A stretch of 64,000 nucleotides of DNA, from assembly GCF_009914755.1 (NCBI RefSeq), contig NC_060936.1; one strand, given 5' to 3'. Source of the stretch: the human T2T-CHM13v2.0 reference genome, Homo sapiens. The notes beneath the pieces were generated by a model, which saw nothing but the letters and a program-made list of their open reading frames with translations, ran no database searches and had not been told where the DNA came from. Position 1 is the first letter of the stretch, and each line of letters starts with the position of its first letter. A program made the position numbers and the translations under genes. Shown one piece after another: positions 27,647-40,615 of this stretch.

Positions 27647-27798
27647 CCTCTGCCCTTTGGCATACACGCCGTAGCCGGTAACGTTTGCGCCATTGGACAG
27701 CCCGGTGGGCGTCAGCACAGGTGGTCTCCAGGAGACCCGGATGGTGGCGGGGGTCACCCCAGCCTGGACGGTAACATCTTGTGGGGGTGCTGGGGGTC
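27647..27798 (-). CDS. RIMBP2: Exon (G)PPAPPQDVTVQAG...YAKGQR, first part of FN3-3, 152 nt, phase 1-0
   Basis: ctcccag|GACCCC...AGG|gtgagt. Confidence 0.96.
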
Positions 27799-28409
27799 CT
27801 GGGAGGGGACAGAAGGGAACGGAGGCGTTCAGGGACCAGCCCTGGCAGGTGAGCCGTGACTGGGCTCTGCCCATCTCACCTGGAAACGAGATCATTCGGT
27901 AAAGTCGCCAGGGAAAAAGAGAAGACAGTGTTGAAAGCACATCAGAAACTGTGGTGAGGTGGGAGGGTGGGGCCGGGGTACAGTCAGGTACCAGGATGCA
28001 CAGCTGCCCTTTTCCTTTAAATTCGGCATTTAGTCACCATCTTCTGGGAAATGCAAACCTAAACTGTCTGTGGAACCACCTCCTTACCTGTCCTCAGTCT
28101 CTGTGACCCGGCAGAGCTACCTCTGTCCAGGGGTCTCAGGCCTGGCCAGGCAGCCACACGATTAGCTCAGAGAGGGGCCAACGAGACGCCGGCGTTTGGC
28201 AGATCGAATGGAAGAGAGATCTTGGCAGAAGGCAATCCCCTCATCCCCCCGCCCGCCCCTCATCCTCTCACCTTTTCTTCTCTCTTTTCTCTCCCTCTAC
28301 CCTCTGCCCGGACCGCATATTCCCCATCTTACCACCCCATGAAACTGAGCAAAACTGAAAGATGAAGAGACCAGGTCTGATGACATCGTTGAACCTGAGA
28401 ATCCATTTC

Positions 28410-29277
28410 TGCGTGTGTGTGTATATGTGTGTATGTGTGTGTAAATGTGTATGTATGGGTGTATGTGTGTAATGTGTGCATATATGTGTATATGTGGATG
28501 TGTTTGTGTGTAGATGTATATGTATGTATGTATATGTACATGTGTATGTGTGTATGTACATTGTGTGTGTATATGTGGGTGTGTGTGTGGGTGTGTATAG
28601 ATGTGTGTAAGTGTATGTATGTGTGTAGATGTGTGGGCATGCGTATGTGTGTATGTGGGTGTGTGTATGTGGATGCATGTGTATGTATATATGTGTATAT
28701 GGGTATATGTGTATGTGGGTGTGTGGGTGTGGGTGTGTGGGTGTGTATGTATTTGTGTATGTGTGTGTATGTGTGTGTGCGTGTCTGTGGGTGGGTATGT
28801 GTGGGTGTGTGTGGGTCTGTAGGGGTGTCGGTGGGGGTGTCCATGGGTGTATGTGGGTCTGTGGGGGTATGTGTGTGGGGGTGTGTTTTTGTGTATGTGG
28901 GTGTGTGGGGGTGTCTGTGGGTGTGTGTGGGGGGGATGTGTTTTTTTGTGTGGGGGGTGTATGTGTTTTTGTGTACGTGGGTCTGTGGGGGTGTCGGTGG
29001 GGGTGTTTGTGGGTGTGTGTATGTGGGTCTGTGGGGGTGTCTGTGTGTGTGTGTATGTGGGTATGTGTATGTGTATCTGTCTATGTGAGTCTGTGGGGGT
29101 GTCTGTGTGTGTGTGTATGTGTATCTGTGAGTCTGTGGGGGTGTCTGTGGGTGTGTGTATGTGGGTATGTGTATGTGTATCTGTCTATGTGAGTCTGTGG
29201 GGGTGTCTGTGGGTGTGTGTACATGTATTCATGTATGTGGGTCTGTAGGGATGTGTGTGTGTGGGGTGTGTGTGAGT
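28410..29277. repeat. Degenerate (TG/TA/GG)n low-complexity tract of about 870 bp
   Basis: Continuous TG-rich repeat; explains the C/V- and H/T-rich ORFs. Confidence 0.95.
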
Positions 29278-29330
29278 ATAAGCACATCCGTATCTCCCAC
29301 CAGCTGTGTTACTCTGAAGAACACCAACCT

Positions 29331-29570
29331 TGCACCACCATCCCCGGGCATGGCTAACCCTGGCCGTACCTGCACCACCGTCCCCGGGCATGGCTAACCC
29401 TGGCCGTACCTGCACCACCGTCCCCGGGCATGGCTAACCCTGGCCGTACCTGCACCACCGTCCCCGGGCATGGCTAACCCTGGCCGTACCTGCACCACCG
29501 TCCCCGGGCATGGCTAACCCTGGCCGTACCTGCACCACCATCCCCGGGCATGGCTAACCCTGGCCATACC
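29331..29570. repeat. 40-bp minisatellite (VNTR) x6
   Basis: Unit tgcaccaccRtccccgggcatggctaaccctggccRtacc starting at 29331, 29371, 29411, 29451, 29491 and 29531. Confidence 0.97.
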
Positions 29571-30142
29571 CAAGACCATGGGGGGATGATACATGGGGTG
29601 TGGTTGAAGCATGAATTCTGAGAAATGCTGACCTACATGTGATTGTCCCAACTACACCTTCTTCCTCCAACACAGACACGTCCCTCCAGTTTACTTCCCA
29701 CTCTGAGACCTCATTCCCAGTCACTGGGGTGAGCCTGGGGACCCACCTCTGTGCTAAGGGCCCCTCCTCTACCTGAATCTCTCCATCTCAAAGTTAGTGT
29801 CCAGGGGAGCCTCTCCTGAAGGCCCCGAGAGAGGTGCCCTTCACCTCCTGACTCCCCACGGAGTGCCCGTGTCTGGTGTTTCTCGTTCTTCACCCCCGCA
29901 CTCATCAGAAGGCATCGCGGGAGGCGTCAGTGAAAAGTGGGTGGCCTCATTATCCCAGCATTCTTGATCAACTCCGGGCAGTTGGGGAGGAAATAAAATG
30001 TCGTCGTGTAACAGATGAACTGACCCTGCCTACGTTAGCTGCTACCTGGACGTGCTGTCCCCCTCAGGCAGCGTCTGTCCCACCTACCCCTGACACCACT
30101 GCTCTGTCAGGCTCTAGCTGACCAAAGGTTTCATGAATATCA

Positions 30143-30790
<648 letters not shown>

Positions 30791-31123
30791 TCAGTGAGTA
30801 TGTGTCCAGGGGTGCATGTGACACGGAAGATGTAACCGTGTCCCCTGGGGGGACTCACTTCCCTCCTGTCTTTTGTAGGATGAGCCTCTTGTTGATATAA
30901 ATGCTCAAAGAAAAATTGCCAACATGGTCCCTAACATGTTCCAAGGACTCTTGTGCACACGCACACACGTTCTGTGCTTCGCCGGTGACCTAAGGGATTT
31001 TCCAGGGTCATGTTGTCAGGATGGGGATTCCTGCTTCTGCCTGCCCCACCTTCCCTCCCCACTAGCAGGGTGACATCCTGGCGTTCTCTCCCTGGGGGAC
31101 CCACGGAAGGACACAGGGCTCAC

Positions 31124-31936
31124 CTGCAGGCAACGTGGAGAACTCCACAAAGGCCTCCTTCTTCTCCCTTTGCTCCAGCGGGAGCTGCCACGGCATCTGG
31201 TGGGGTTTGGCCAGAACCTTCACCTTATAGGCCATGTTGGGCCTGAGATTGAAGAACTGGTACTTGTACCTGGCGGCCTTGACGATGTCGAACTCCTCCT
31301 CGTTGAGGAAGATGACGTGGCTGTAGTTGCTGTTGGTGGGTAGCCAGGAGAGCTGGGCGGAGATCTGCGTGATGTTGTCCACCCGCAGGTGGGAGGGGGC
31401 CACCACCACGTCCTTGCCCACCAGCAGCGTGCACTGCAGCTCATCCGAGCTGCCCCTGCTGGTGACGCACTGCACGGAGATGCGGTAGGTGCAGGCTGCC
31501 ATGTTGAGCTTCTCGATGAGGGCTTTAGTTCTGCTCCCCAGCGTGAGGTTCATGCGTGTCTCCTTGTCCACCAGGACGTTGTAGCTGCTCACCGTTCCCC
31601 ATCCTGGTGGCACCGCCGGGGGCTCCCAGCCCACAATAACACTTTTGGCGAGTTGTTTGATGAGGGTGATTTTTCTAGGGTAAGGCACGATGTCTTCTCC
31701 GATGTCGTCGATGTTCACGTCCAGGGTCCCGGCACTGTTGTCGGTGATGCCCGCATCTATGTGGGTTGGGGAGTGGAGGTCCAGGATGTGCTCTCCCTCC
31801 AGGCCGATGCCGGAATGGTTGATGAAGTTCTGATCCTGCTCGTTCCCCAGCGTGCTTGCCAACCGCGACTCGTTGTCCTGCACAAAGTCCACGAAGTTGG
31901 AGGGCACCAGACCCCTCTGGCCATCGAGGAGCTCTC
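31124..31936 (-). CDS. RIMBP2: 813-nt exon: end of SH3-1 plus FN3 domains 1 and 2, phase 1-1
   Basis: caacag|GAGAGC...GCAG|gtgagc; ORF 31062..32156 (ELLDGQRGLVPSNFV...FSTLPA). Confidence 0.97.
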
Positions 31937-33019
31937 CTGTTGGGTACAAGGACAGAGTTATCACCCAGCCAACACAGCAGGGGCCTCGAGGCCCCCAGTG
32001 TACTCCCACCTCCCCCACCAGGACCATAAGGCAGAGCAACAGGGTTGCCCTGGGGCTCCTCCGCTGTTCCCAGGAGTCCATGCTGGGGCCAGCTCCACAC
32101 CCACCATCTAAAGAGCCAGCTCCTCCATCCCCGTGGCCCAGTCTTCTTTTCTCCATGATACTTATCGCAACCTGAAACCATCATGTTTGTGTATCCGTGT
32201 ACGTACACTGACTACCCCCTCCCAACACGAACAACACTCAGGGACAGCAGGGACCACACGACTATTGAATGCCCAGCCCTAGAGTGACAGCTGGCCCACA
32301 ACAGTGCACAGGAAAGATTTGTTAGAAGGACGAGTCAGTCAAATCAGTGGCTTTTGGAGATTAAGAAAATAAACATCTTACTATGATTTTTGATTAAGAA
32401 TTAAAAGGTGATTTCCTGGCCCCCTTGAAAAGCACTGGGCACATCTTAATGAATGCACAATGTGTCCAATTTGATGTGAAACAAAACTATCAATTTGGTG
32501 TCAGAACCACAAGTTGTGTGGCAAAAAAAAAAAAAAAAGTCAAAGTAGCTCTTGTGGTTAAGAGTGGACATAGTGGGGACCGCTGTATTTTGTGAAAGTC
32601 TAACTTCTACGTGCTTTCTTCATTAGTAGGGCTCACAAGGCTGCTAACAGCAGACGGCCAGAAAACGGAGAAGTGTTCAGAGCTTCAAAGATGAGGCAGT
32701 TTGGGTAATCTTCCAGCACAGACCCAGAATGGACCGTTTCCACCAATTCATCACAAGGTACCCACAGACCCACAGAGAGGGGCTGGGAAATGCTGAGCAT
32801 TGGATTCTGCGCCCAGAAGACCCCCTGCCTCAGGGGAGCATGTGATGTGTTGTGGCCCAGGGGAAGACATGTCAACCATTTAGTTAGTCCTGGATGCTAA
32901 TAAAATAAATAAGAAGGACTTGGATTCCGTTCCAAACCTCCACCTAGGGTGTGGGTCTGCAGGAGCCAATCCTTTGCACTGAGGATATGCTATTTAAAAA
33001 TCCTTAGTTTGGCATAGGA

Positions 33020-33320
33020 GGAGATGGAGGTGATGGTGATGATGGTGACGGTGATGATGATGATGGTGGTGATGGTTATGAAGATGATTATAATGCTGGT
33101 GGTGATGGTGATAGCTACTATTTATTGAACAATTACTATGTGCTAAGCTCTATCCGAAGACCGTCGTATCTATTATCTCATTTCTCCTCAGACCCTCTAT
33201 GAGGTGGGTACTATTACTATCTCCATTCTATAGCAGAGGAAGCTGAGGCACAGCGAGGTGAAGGAAGTTTCCTGCTGTCACACAGACAATGGAGCCCTGA
33301 GTTTTGATCCCTGCCTGCAA
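33020..33320 (+). mobile_element. (GAT/GGT)n simple repeat followed by a MIR
   Basis: ggtgat repeats, then the MIR core (tttattgaacaattactatgtgc...gaggaagctgaggcacag). Confidence 0.7.
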
Positions 33321-34435
33321 AGAGGCTCCTGGAATGCTTCTGTGGGCTCCATGTGTGGTGAGAAAGTTCCAGAGATTTCAACACAGGTTTTCTGGCAGCT
33401 GCCTTGGGCACATATTTCTGTGCTTATGTGAAAATCAGTGGTGATAATGTGGACTTATGGGAAGAATTCAAACTGCTTTGCTACCAACTGTGGTGAGAGT
33501 TCTTGGCTGGACCATCCAGAGCCAAGAACAGCTGGTGAGAGAGTGGTGAGCGAGTGGTGAGTGAGGCAGCTCGACTGCTGGGCTCCTGCTCATGGACACC
33601 TCTAGAAGTGACCCGACCTCACCCCAAGTAAACACCCAGGAAAAGCACCTGGGGCTTCCATCAGCTCCGAGAAAACAGCATGAGGTCACGAAAGAGAAAC
33701 CTGCTAGCTTAGCAAGCAAGATTCCTTCTGCTCAGGGGGAAGAGGAAGAAACCAAGACCACGCTATTTGTCCAGGGCAGTTGAAACATGTAGGGAATTAG
33801 GGAATCAAATCCTTTAGAACGTTGATTTATGGGCTGCTGGTGCTGTTACATGTTTATTCTCAAGCTAAAAAGGCAACAAAAGGTGGGGCCTTTCAGATGA
33901 TTTCAAATTTGGAGAGGAGACCTCGAGGGAATGAGCAGGGGCAACCTGGGGCCACCCCCTAAGTTGACAACAGTGCCTTGAAGTCAAGGAGATGGATGGC
34001 CTTCCACAGGTGCCAAGAGCCACCTTCCCGTGAGGTCACCTGGAGCAGAACAAGGCTCTGCCAGAGAGGGTGCCTCTGGGAGACCCTGAGGGTGCTGAAA
34101 GACAAGAGCAGGAGAGACACTTTTGGAAGCAGAGGGTCTGTCAGTCCCATGTGTCTGCAAATAGCTGCCAAAAGCTCTGCAGAGGTTAGCGGAAAACATC
34201 TACCATGTGTCAGAGGTCAGCTTAGAGCTGAATACTGGAAACCCCACTCAGGTTTCTTTCCAGTCGTCAAAGAGGGCAAACCTGGTAACTACGGAGTGGG
34301 GAAGGGTCAGAGAGGAGGGCTGGGTGGCCAGGAGTATGTTGGGAGCCCTGCCTATCTATCAGGCCCCTGGAAGAGGTGGTCTGCGGGGTGGACTGGCCCA
34401 GCCTACGTCCGCCACAGCCATGTTCCAACAGAGAC

Positions 34436-34545
34436 CTTCATAGAACCCATCCTCATCCATGTCTCCATAGACGTAGAGGTATTTTCCCGCCGTGAGGGGC
34501 AGCTCAGCTTCGGGGTTCTCGTTCGGTCCATCGAAGGGGTTGTAA
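34436..34545 (-). CDS. RIMBP2: Exon (S)[36 protein letters not shown](G), SH3-1, 110 nt, phase 2-1
   Basis: ttttctctgcag|TTACAA...GAAG|gtctct; SH3 motif in ORF 34359..34631. Confidence 0.95.
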
Positions 34546-36764
34546 CTGCAGAGAAAACACAGTTCCTTCATTAGAGGCTCTGGAGGACACAGCCCGCACC
34601 CCTGTCCGTGCAGAACGCCAGACGGGCACATGGCTTCTCTCCCACTCCTAGGGAATTACAAACCCACATAATCGTTCGGGGCTGATGAGTTCTCTGTACA
34701 CTGGAAATTCAAGCCACTGCCAGCTCACACACACAGATTTAAAGTAAAAATGCAATTCGGAAATGAAGTTATATGCTCAGAACTATTTGCATCAGATAAC
34801 AGGTTTATGATTCTGACATTCTATTCACACTTATCTCTTCTGCTGTAACTATACATCTCCAAATTAGCAAGCAGATGTGAAGAAAATTAACCCTATAATC
34901 TTTCAATAATACAATTTAGTGAAAACAGAATCATATATACTATTTAGCAACCTGCTTATTCTTCCACCTTGCAAGATAGCATCCTATACTTCTACCTCTT
35001 GAAATATTATCATCATAGTCTTTTTAATGGGTGTAGAGTATTCCACTGAACATATTAACATACTTTATTTAACCAGTTTCCTAATGTTGGGCAGTGAGGT
35101 TTCTTCTAACTTTTGGCTAATATAATTAGTATTGCATTATATATTCTTATAAACATATTTTTGCACACTTCCACAATTTCTTCCTAATGATAAATCCTAG
35201 GAAATATACTTATTTGGTCAAAGGCACCTACATTTTTAAGGTCTTGGGTGTGGACAGTCAAAATGCTCAGAAAAACAGACGCATGATTTTATGCTCCCCC
35301 CCCCACACCCCCAGGAATATAAGAGTATCCATATTCTCCAGTCCTCAACATATTGGGATTAATAATTTTCAAAGCCGTGTCCAACTTGGAAAATCAAACA
35401 CATGAAACAAACCCAGATGAATTGGGGATTCTCTAAATAAAAGGCAAATTAACTTAAAATAACAGCGAAGAACTCATTAAAAAATGAAAATAACATTAGA
35501 GTTGGAGAAGATAGCCAGGCACTGTAATATTATAATTATGATATGAAAATGATTCATGCATCAGTGGCACTGTGCAGTTTACCAACACTTTCATACACGT
35601 TTTATTCGATGGCCATTAAATGTTAGGAAAACAGAGAAGATAAGGTCCCCAGTCTCAATGGCTGAGTGAGGTCAGGCAACATGCCCAAAGTCACAAGCTT
35701 ATGAATCGGTGGAAGGGGAACCAGAGCTGAGACCTCCTGACCCGTCCTGCGCAGTTTTAACCACACCAGGTCACGTGGCCCCTCATGGTCAGGGTGCAGA
35801 GGTCCAGGAACCCAATCCAAGACCCTGACAGCACCCAGCAGGTCAGCCTAGAGGGCTGTGCACCAGGAACTGACATGGGCCACCCTCTAACACAAAGCTC
35901 GGCAGTGGAACGGGACAAGAGCTCTGGAAGAAGGAATAGCATGCGCCAAGGCCCAGAGGCAGGGAGGAGAGAGATGAGGTTGGCAGGGACCAGACTGGTT
36001 TTAACCTGATCTCACAAGCTGTGGGATGTCATGAAAGAGTTTTAAGCCAGGGAGCGACAGGATCATGTTTGCGTTTTACAAAGAGACCTCGTGGGTGCTG
36101 TGTGGATGGAGCTTGGTGGAGGAGTTCCAGCAAAGGAGTTTGGTCGGGGAGTGACTTAGGAGGCTGTGGAAATGCGGGTTGCCTGGCTGCAGGGATGAGG
36201 GACTGAGGTGCAGGAGGACCCTCGGCTTTCTGGCCTCAGGGTGAGCAGGCGGGGACACAAGTCACTGAGTGGGGGTTTTCAGGGGGATCTGCAGGGGGGT
36301 CTGGATGGGTAGATGGCCGAGACACAGAAGCTGGCAGAGTGTTCTCGGAGGAGGAGGAGGAGGAGGAGGGAGCGAGAGGAACAGGAGCCCCCAGGCCACG
36401 CCTTCAGGAGTGCCCACACCTGACGCTCAGGAAGAGAAGCTTCCCCAGGGAGCAGGTAGGGAAGACACACCCTGAGAGCTTGAGAGGGAAGCCGCGGAGG
36501 CCAAGAGGGAAGGTGAACACCGAGAAGGGTGGAAGAAGGTCCCTGGCTGGTAAGGGCACGGAGAAGAAGTGGGAGATCCTACGGCTGTCGTGACAACCTC
36601 GTCGGTGCTCCTGCGTGTGGGCCCTGGAGGCCACCCGACCTCGTGGGTGTTCAGGGCAGACGCTGCCACGTACTGTGTGGATGAGACCAGGGGACACGTC
36701 GGGAATGGGGACTCAACAGAGACAGAAGTAGGTCAGGGGTCACGCAGCGCTGGAGGCGGGGGAG

Positions 36765-36868
36765 GAGGGACAGGTGATCACTGATGGGAATGGGTTCTTG
36801 AGGGGCGATGGGAGACGAGGGACAGGTGATCACTGATGGGAATGGGTTCTTGAGGGGCGATGGGAGAC
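36765..36868. repeat. 52-bp perfect tandem duplication
   Basis: gagggacaggtgatcactgatgggaatgggttcttgaggggcgatgggagac at 36765 and 36817. Confidence 0.92.
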
Positions 36869-38867
36869 CCCCACATGTGGCCGTGGCATCTGTGAGCACA
36901 GCAGTGGCCCTGGGCGGCACACTGCAAGTGGGTGAACTGTGCAGTGAGGACCATCTCTCCGTACAGCTGGCGAAAGGAAGGATGGTGATGAATGTGTCAG
37001 CCTCACCCTGGACCTCGGGTGGGAAGGACCCAGGAGCCCTCAGCAAGGCGTTCCCCACGGCGGAGGCTGCACCAGATGGAAGGGAGGAGACATGGACACA
37101 GAGGCAGCCCCTGCATGGAGGGCGGGGAGAGGCCGCTCGGCACCCAGAGTGAGCGCCCAGGTGAGCAAGAGGCTTTCGGTTTGCAGAAATGTCTAAGCAG
37201 GTTGCTGAATAATGACAGCAAGAGGAGACACTGATTAGACCCGGGGCAGAAAACATAACCCCCTCCCTACATCTACCTGCAAAGCCACCTCTTAGGGGCT
37301 CTGAGGGCTTTCAGAAAACTCAGAAACAGCTCTCTCGGGGACCAGCACTATATGCCCCTCACAATTTGACTTGGTTTGAGAGAGGGTGGGTGGTTAAAAA
37401 AAAAAAAAAGGCATAAATCCATCACCAGTAAAATAGGAATACCACTGAAAGAGTGAGATAAGGAGAATGTGCGTGGGCTGTGACTGGTGATGGCCACGGG
37501 AGAGGCAGATGTGCTGGCTCGTCACGCCCCCGCTTCTGGAGCCACACCAGCCGTGGGTCAGTCCTCGGGGGACATTAGCTCTAGGGCAGCTCCCCCCAGA
37601 AAAGCCATGCCCTCTCCATAGAAGTGGCAGGAACGCAAACCCAGTGGCCCTCTGAGGTTGGCCATCGTAGGTCGCATGTGGCAGCCTCGCTGGACCAGGC
37701 TCATGATTGGGAAGGAAGGCGTCTGTGGCACACCAGGCCCCTGCTTGGCTGGGAAGCCACCTCAGCATGTGCCAGGCTCAGAGGACACCAGCCCAGCGCT
37801 GCCCCTGTGCTGGCATTGAGGGTTCTGTGAATGGCTGCGCCTGGGCCTGCTCCACACACAGCAAGAACCGGACTGAAGGAGCCAGGGGTAGGACTGGGTC
37901 TTCATCCTGGCCCCGCCAACTGTGGCCCTGTGCGTCTGCATGCAATAGCCTCTCAGCGCTGTGATGCTGTCCTCCAGCATGGTGACAGATGAGCGGATGG
38001 TGGGCCTGCCCCCACCTGGGTGCAGCCAGCATTCACATCTGCCTGGGCTGGATTCTAATGGGAGCCCACAGCCCAGGGGCATCTACCCCAGTGCTTCTGC
38101 TACCTGAACCTCAGAAATGGGTTTGCTTTGGTGGAACTGGTGTATTACCAACGAGCGGAATGTGATCCGCTGATCCTCTTAATGGTGTTAGAAACAGCTC
38201 TTGCTGGAGAAAGCAAAAGGTATTCAAGGTGTATGGACTGGCTTAAATCAAGAGTCACCTCCTTTGCATGAACAGAGTTTAAGGATCTAGTGAGGGTGGC
38301 AACTGCACTGAAGCTTGGTCCCTAAACAGATCACGGGACTCTGGCTGCCCGATGCCAGCTGAAGGGCAGGGATATCTGCCTTTGAAATACTGTCAGGTCA
38401 GCCTCAGGCCAAGCCCACGCTCAGAGCTGTTGGAGCATCTGTGAGACAAAAGGCTGGGTCTTCACGAGTGCTAAGAAATGGGGGTGAACTGCTCTGTCTT
38501 GGGCCTGCTGCCCCTGGCTGATGAATTCCCAAGTGTCCGCCCATGGGCAGAGTTGGCTGCAGCTTGCTTTCCTTACGATCAGGTAGTGCAGTCCTGGGGG
38601 ACCTCTCATCCTTGCCCATGTCCGCCTCTGCGGAAGCTCCCGTGGAGGACCTGAGAGGTGTGCGGGACAAAACTGGCTCATTACCTCTCAGCGAGCACAA
38701 ACACTGAAGGCCCCTGCACGGGAAGCCCACTCAGCAGCTGTCATCGCAGCGAGATGCAGCCTGCAGCGCCCAGCAGAGGGTGAGGATGCGGGAGATCAGG
38801 GTGCTGGACACACCCCCTTTCACTCTCGGTGGTGGGGATCGGGGCTCTGGACATGTCCCCTTTCACT

Positions 38868-39300
38868 CTCGGTGGCGGGATGTCCCCTGGAAAGACGCAC
38901 TCATGGACCAACCCCTGCACCTGTGAATGGGACCTTATTTGGAAACAGTCTTTGCAAATGTGATGGAGTTAGTCATACTGCAGCGGGGCAGATTCCAATC
39001 CAGGGAAGGGTATCCTTAAAGGAAGAGGGGAGAACGCACAAAGACAGGGAGGGCGAGGCGGCCAGGCAGGATGGAGGATGGAGGCAGAGACTGGAGCCAC
39101 GCAGCTACAAGCCAGGGCCGCCTGGTCTCCCGGCAGCCAGAAGAGGAAAGAAGGACCCCTCCTTGGAGCCCTCGGAGGGCGAGACCCTGCCGATACCCCC
39201 ATCTCAAACTTCTGCCTCCAGGGTTGGGAGAGGAGAAACCTGTAGTTTCAGGCCACCAGGTTTGTGACCTCCTGTCATGGCAGCCCTGGGAGACTTGCGT
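38868..39300 (+). mobile_element. MaLR LTR (MLT1B/C-like)
   Basis: acctgtgaatgggaccttatttggaaacag...ggaggcagagactggag...tttcaggccaccaggtttgtg. Confidence 0.7.
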
Positions 39301-39474
39301 GCCACCCAAACTCTCTCCACCGAACCCTGCTCAGCCTCCAGGCCAGGCTGAAATCCCACCTTCTCCTCGTGCCCTGGGAGAAGGGAACTTCTCAGACCCC
39401 AGAGTGTTCCCAGACCCAACATCTCATCTGCCCCACTCACAGGGGCTCGGTGGACGCCGAGGGGCCGCACTTAC

Positions 39475-39551
39475 CTATAGCGGGCAACACAGAGGTGGAC
39501 CTTCCCCGAGTATCTCTGCTTGGAGGTATTGGAATTCCGTTCATTCTCCAT
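39475..39551 (-). CDS. RIMBP2: Exon MENERNSNTSKQRYSGKVHLCVARY(S), 77 nt, start of SH3-1, phase 0-2
   Basis: ttttcacag|ATGGAG...TATAG|gtaagt. Confidence 0.95.
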
Positions 39552-40469
39552 CTGTGAAAAAGGCAATGGGTGTGTGGGTTATTGAAGCTGGAGGTGTCCC
39601 ACCCCATTCCCGCGGCACACGGGAAAGCCCCTCGCAGCTTCCTGGGCCCCAGGAGGGACGGCCTGAGACTGTGGCACTCCCAGGAGGCACTGCCACCCGC
39701 ACACCCACATGCGAGCTTGGAAAGGAGGGTGGTCCCTCGGTGTGGACCCCTTATTACATAGGCCCCCTCTGTGTTTGTAGAGAACCCAGTCCCCAAACAG
39801 GAAGGTAAGGCTCAAAGACTCCGCCCAGTGTCTCCTACAGCAATCCCGGGAGTCAGCGGCGTGGCCTTTTCTCATAGGGGTGGGGGTAAAATTAAGCAGT
39901 ATGTGCACGACCCCCCAGTGATCCCACTCTCACTCCCCCTAGTGCATTCCCCACACAAGCTGGAACAGTCTTTAAGCAGGAATTAGACCACATCACCCCC
40001 TGCCTTAACAGCTTTCAGTGGCTTCACCTCGGACTCAGACAAAAAGCCAAACGCTGTCCTCTGCCCCCGCCCCCTCTCCAGCCACACCAGCCCCTTCCCA
40101 TCAATGCCACAGGACAGGACGCGCAGGGCCCTCCCCAACCTCCACAGGCCCCTCCCGGCCAGCTCTGCGTCAACAGCCTTGCTGCGTCATCCTTGCACCC
40201 CTCGATGGGATTTGCTTTTCTAAACGCTGCCTCGCCAGTGTTCTCTCTGCTCCCCCTTAGAACAGGGACCTCACCTGTGTTCACAGAGGGGCCCCCCCAC
40301 ATTCCAGCACATAGTAGGGCAAGGGAATTAACAGGGGCAAAGGGAAGAACCAACCAGAAGGAAGACAGGGAGGAAGATGGGGAAGAAAAAACAGGACAAA
40401 CTGGCCAACGTCCACACCAGACACACACAGCACAGGCAGGCCCGGCAGCCCCTGCGGGACGGGACTCAC

Positions 40470-40615
40470 GTCTGACTCAGATCTGCATCTTGCGCTACCG
40501 GATCTCGACAGGAAGGTGGGCTTGGCGGACAGAGGCTCCGGCCTGTCACCAGGCTGCGGAAGGGGCCGGATATATTCACCGATCGCAGAGCTGCCTCCAA
40601 TAGCGCTCTCCTGAC
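40470..40615 (-). CDS. RIMBP2: Exon (G)QESAIGGSS...RCRSESD, 146 nt, phase 1-0
   Basis: ggccag|GTCAGG...GAC|gtgagt. Confidence 0.94.

Noticed and set aside
28268-29397. Long C/V- and H/T/Y-rich ORFs
   Set aside because: Translations of the TG low-complexity tract
29331-29570. Regular repeats resembling a CRISPR array (also 53632-53874 and 4856-5063)
   Set aside because: Head-to-tail units without unique spacers, in human DNA: these are minisatellites
39435-39441. Alternative donor CCT|gtgagt 34 nt downstream of the 77-nt exon
   Set aside because: It competes with a perfect TAG|gtaagt and would frameshift; no evidence of use
39071-39808. 245-aa plus-strand ORF
   Set aside because: Starts in an MLT1 LTR and is a GC-rich chance ORF antisense to the gene
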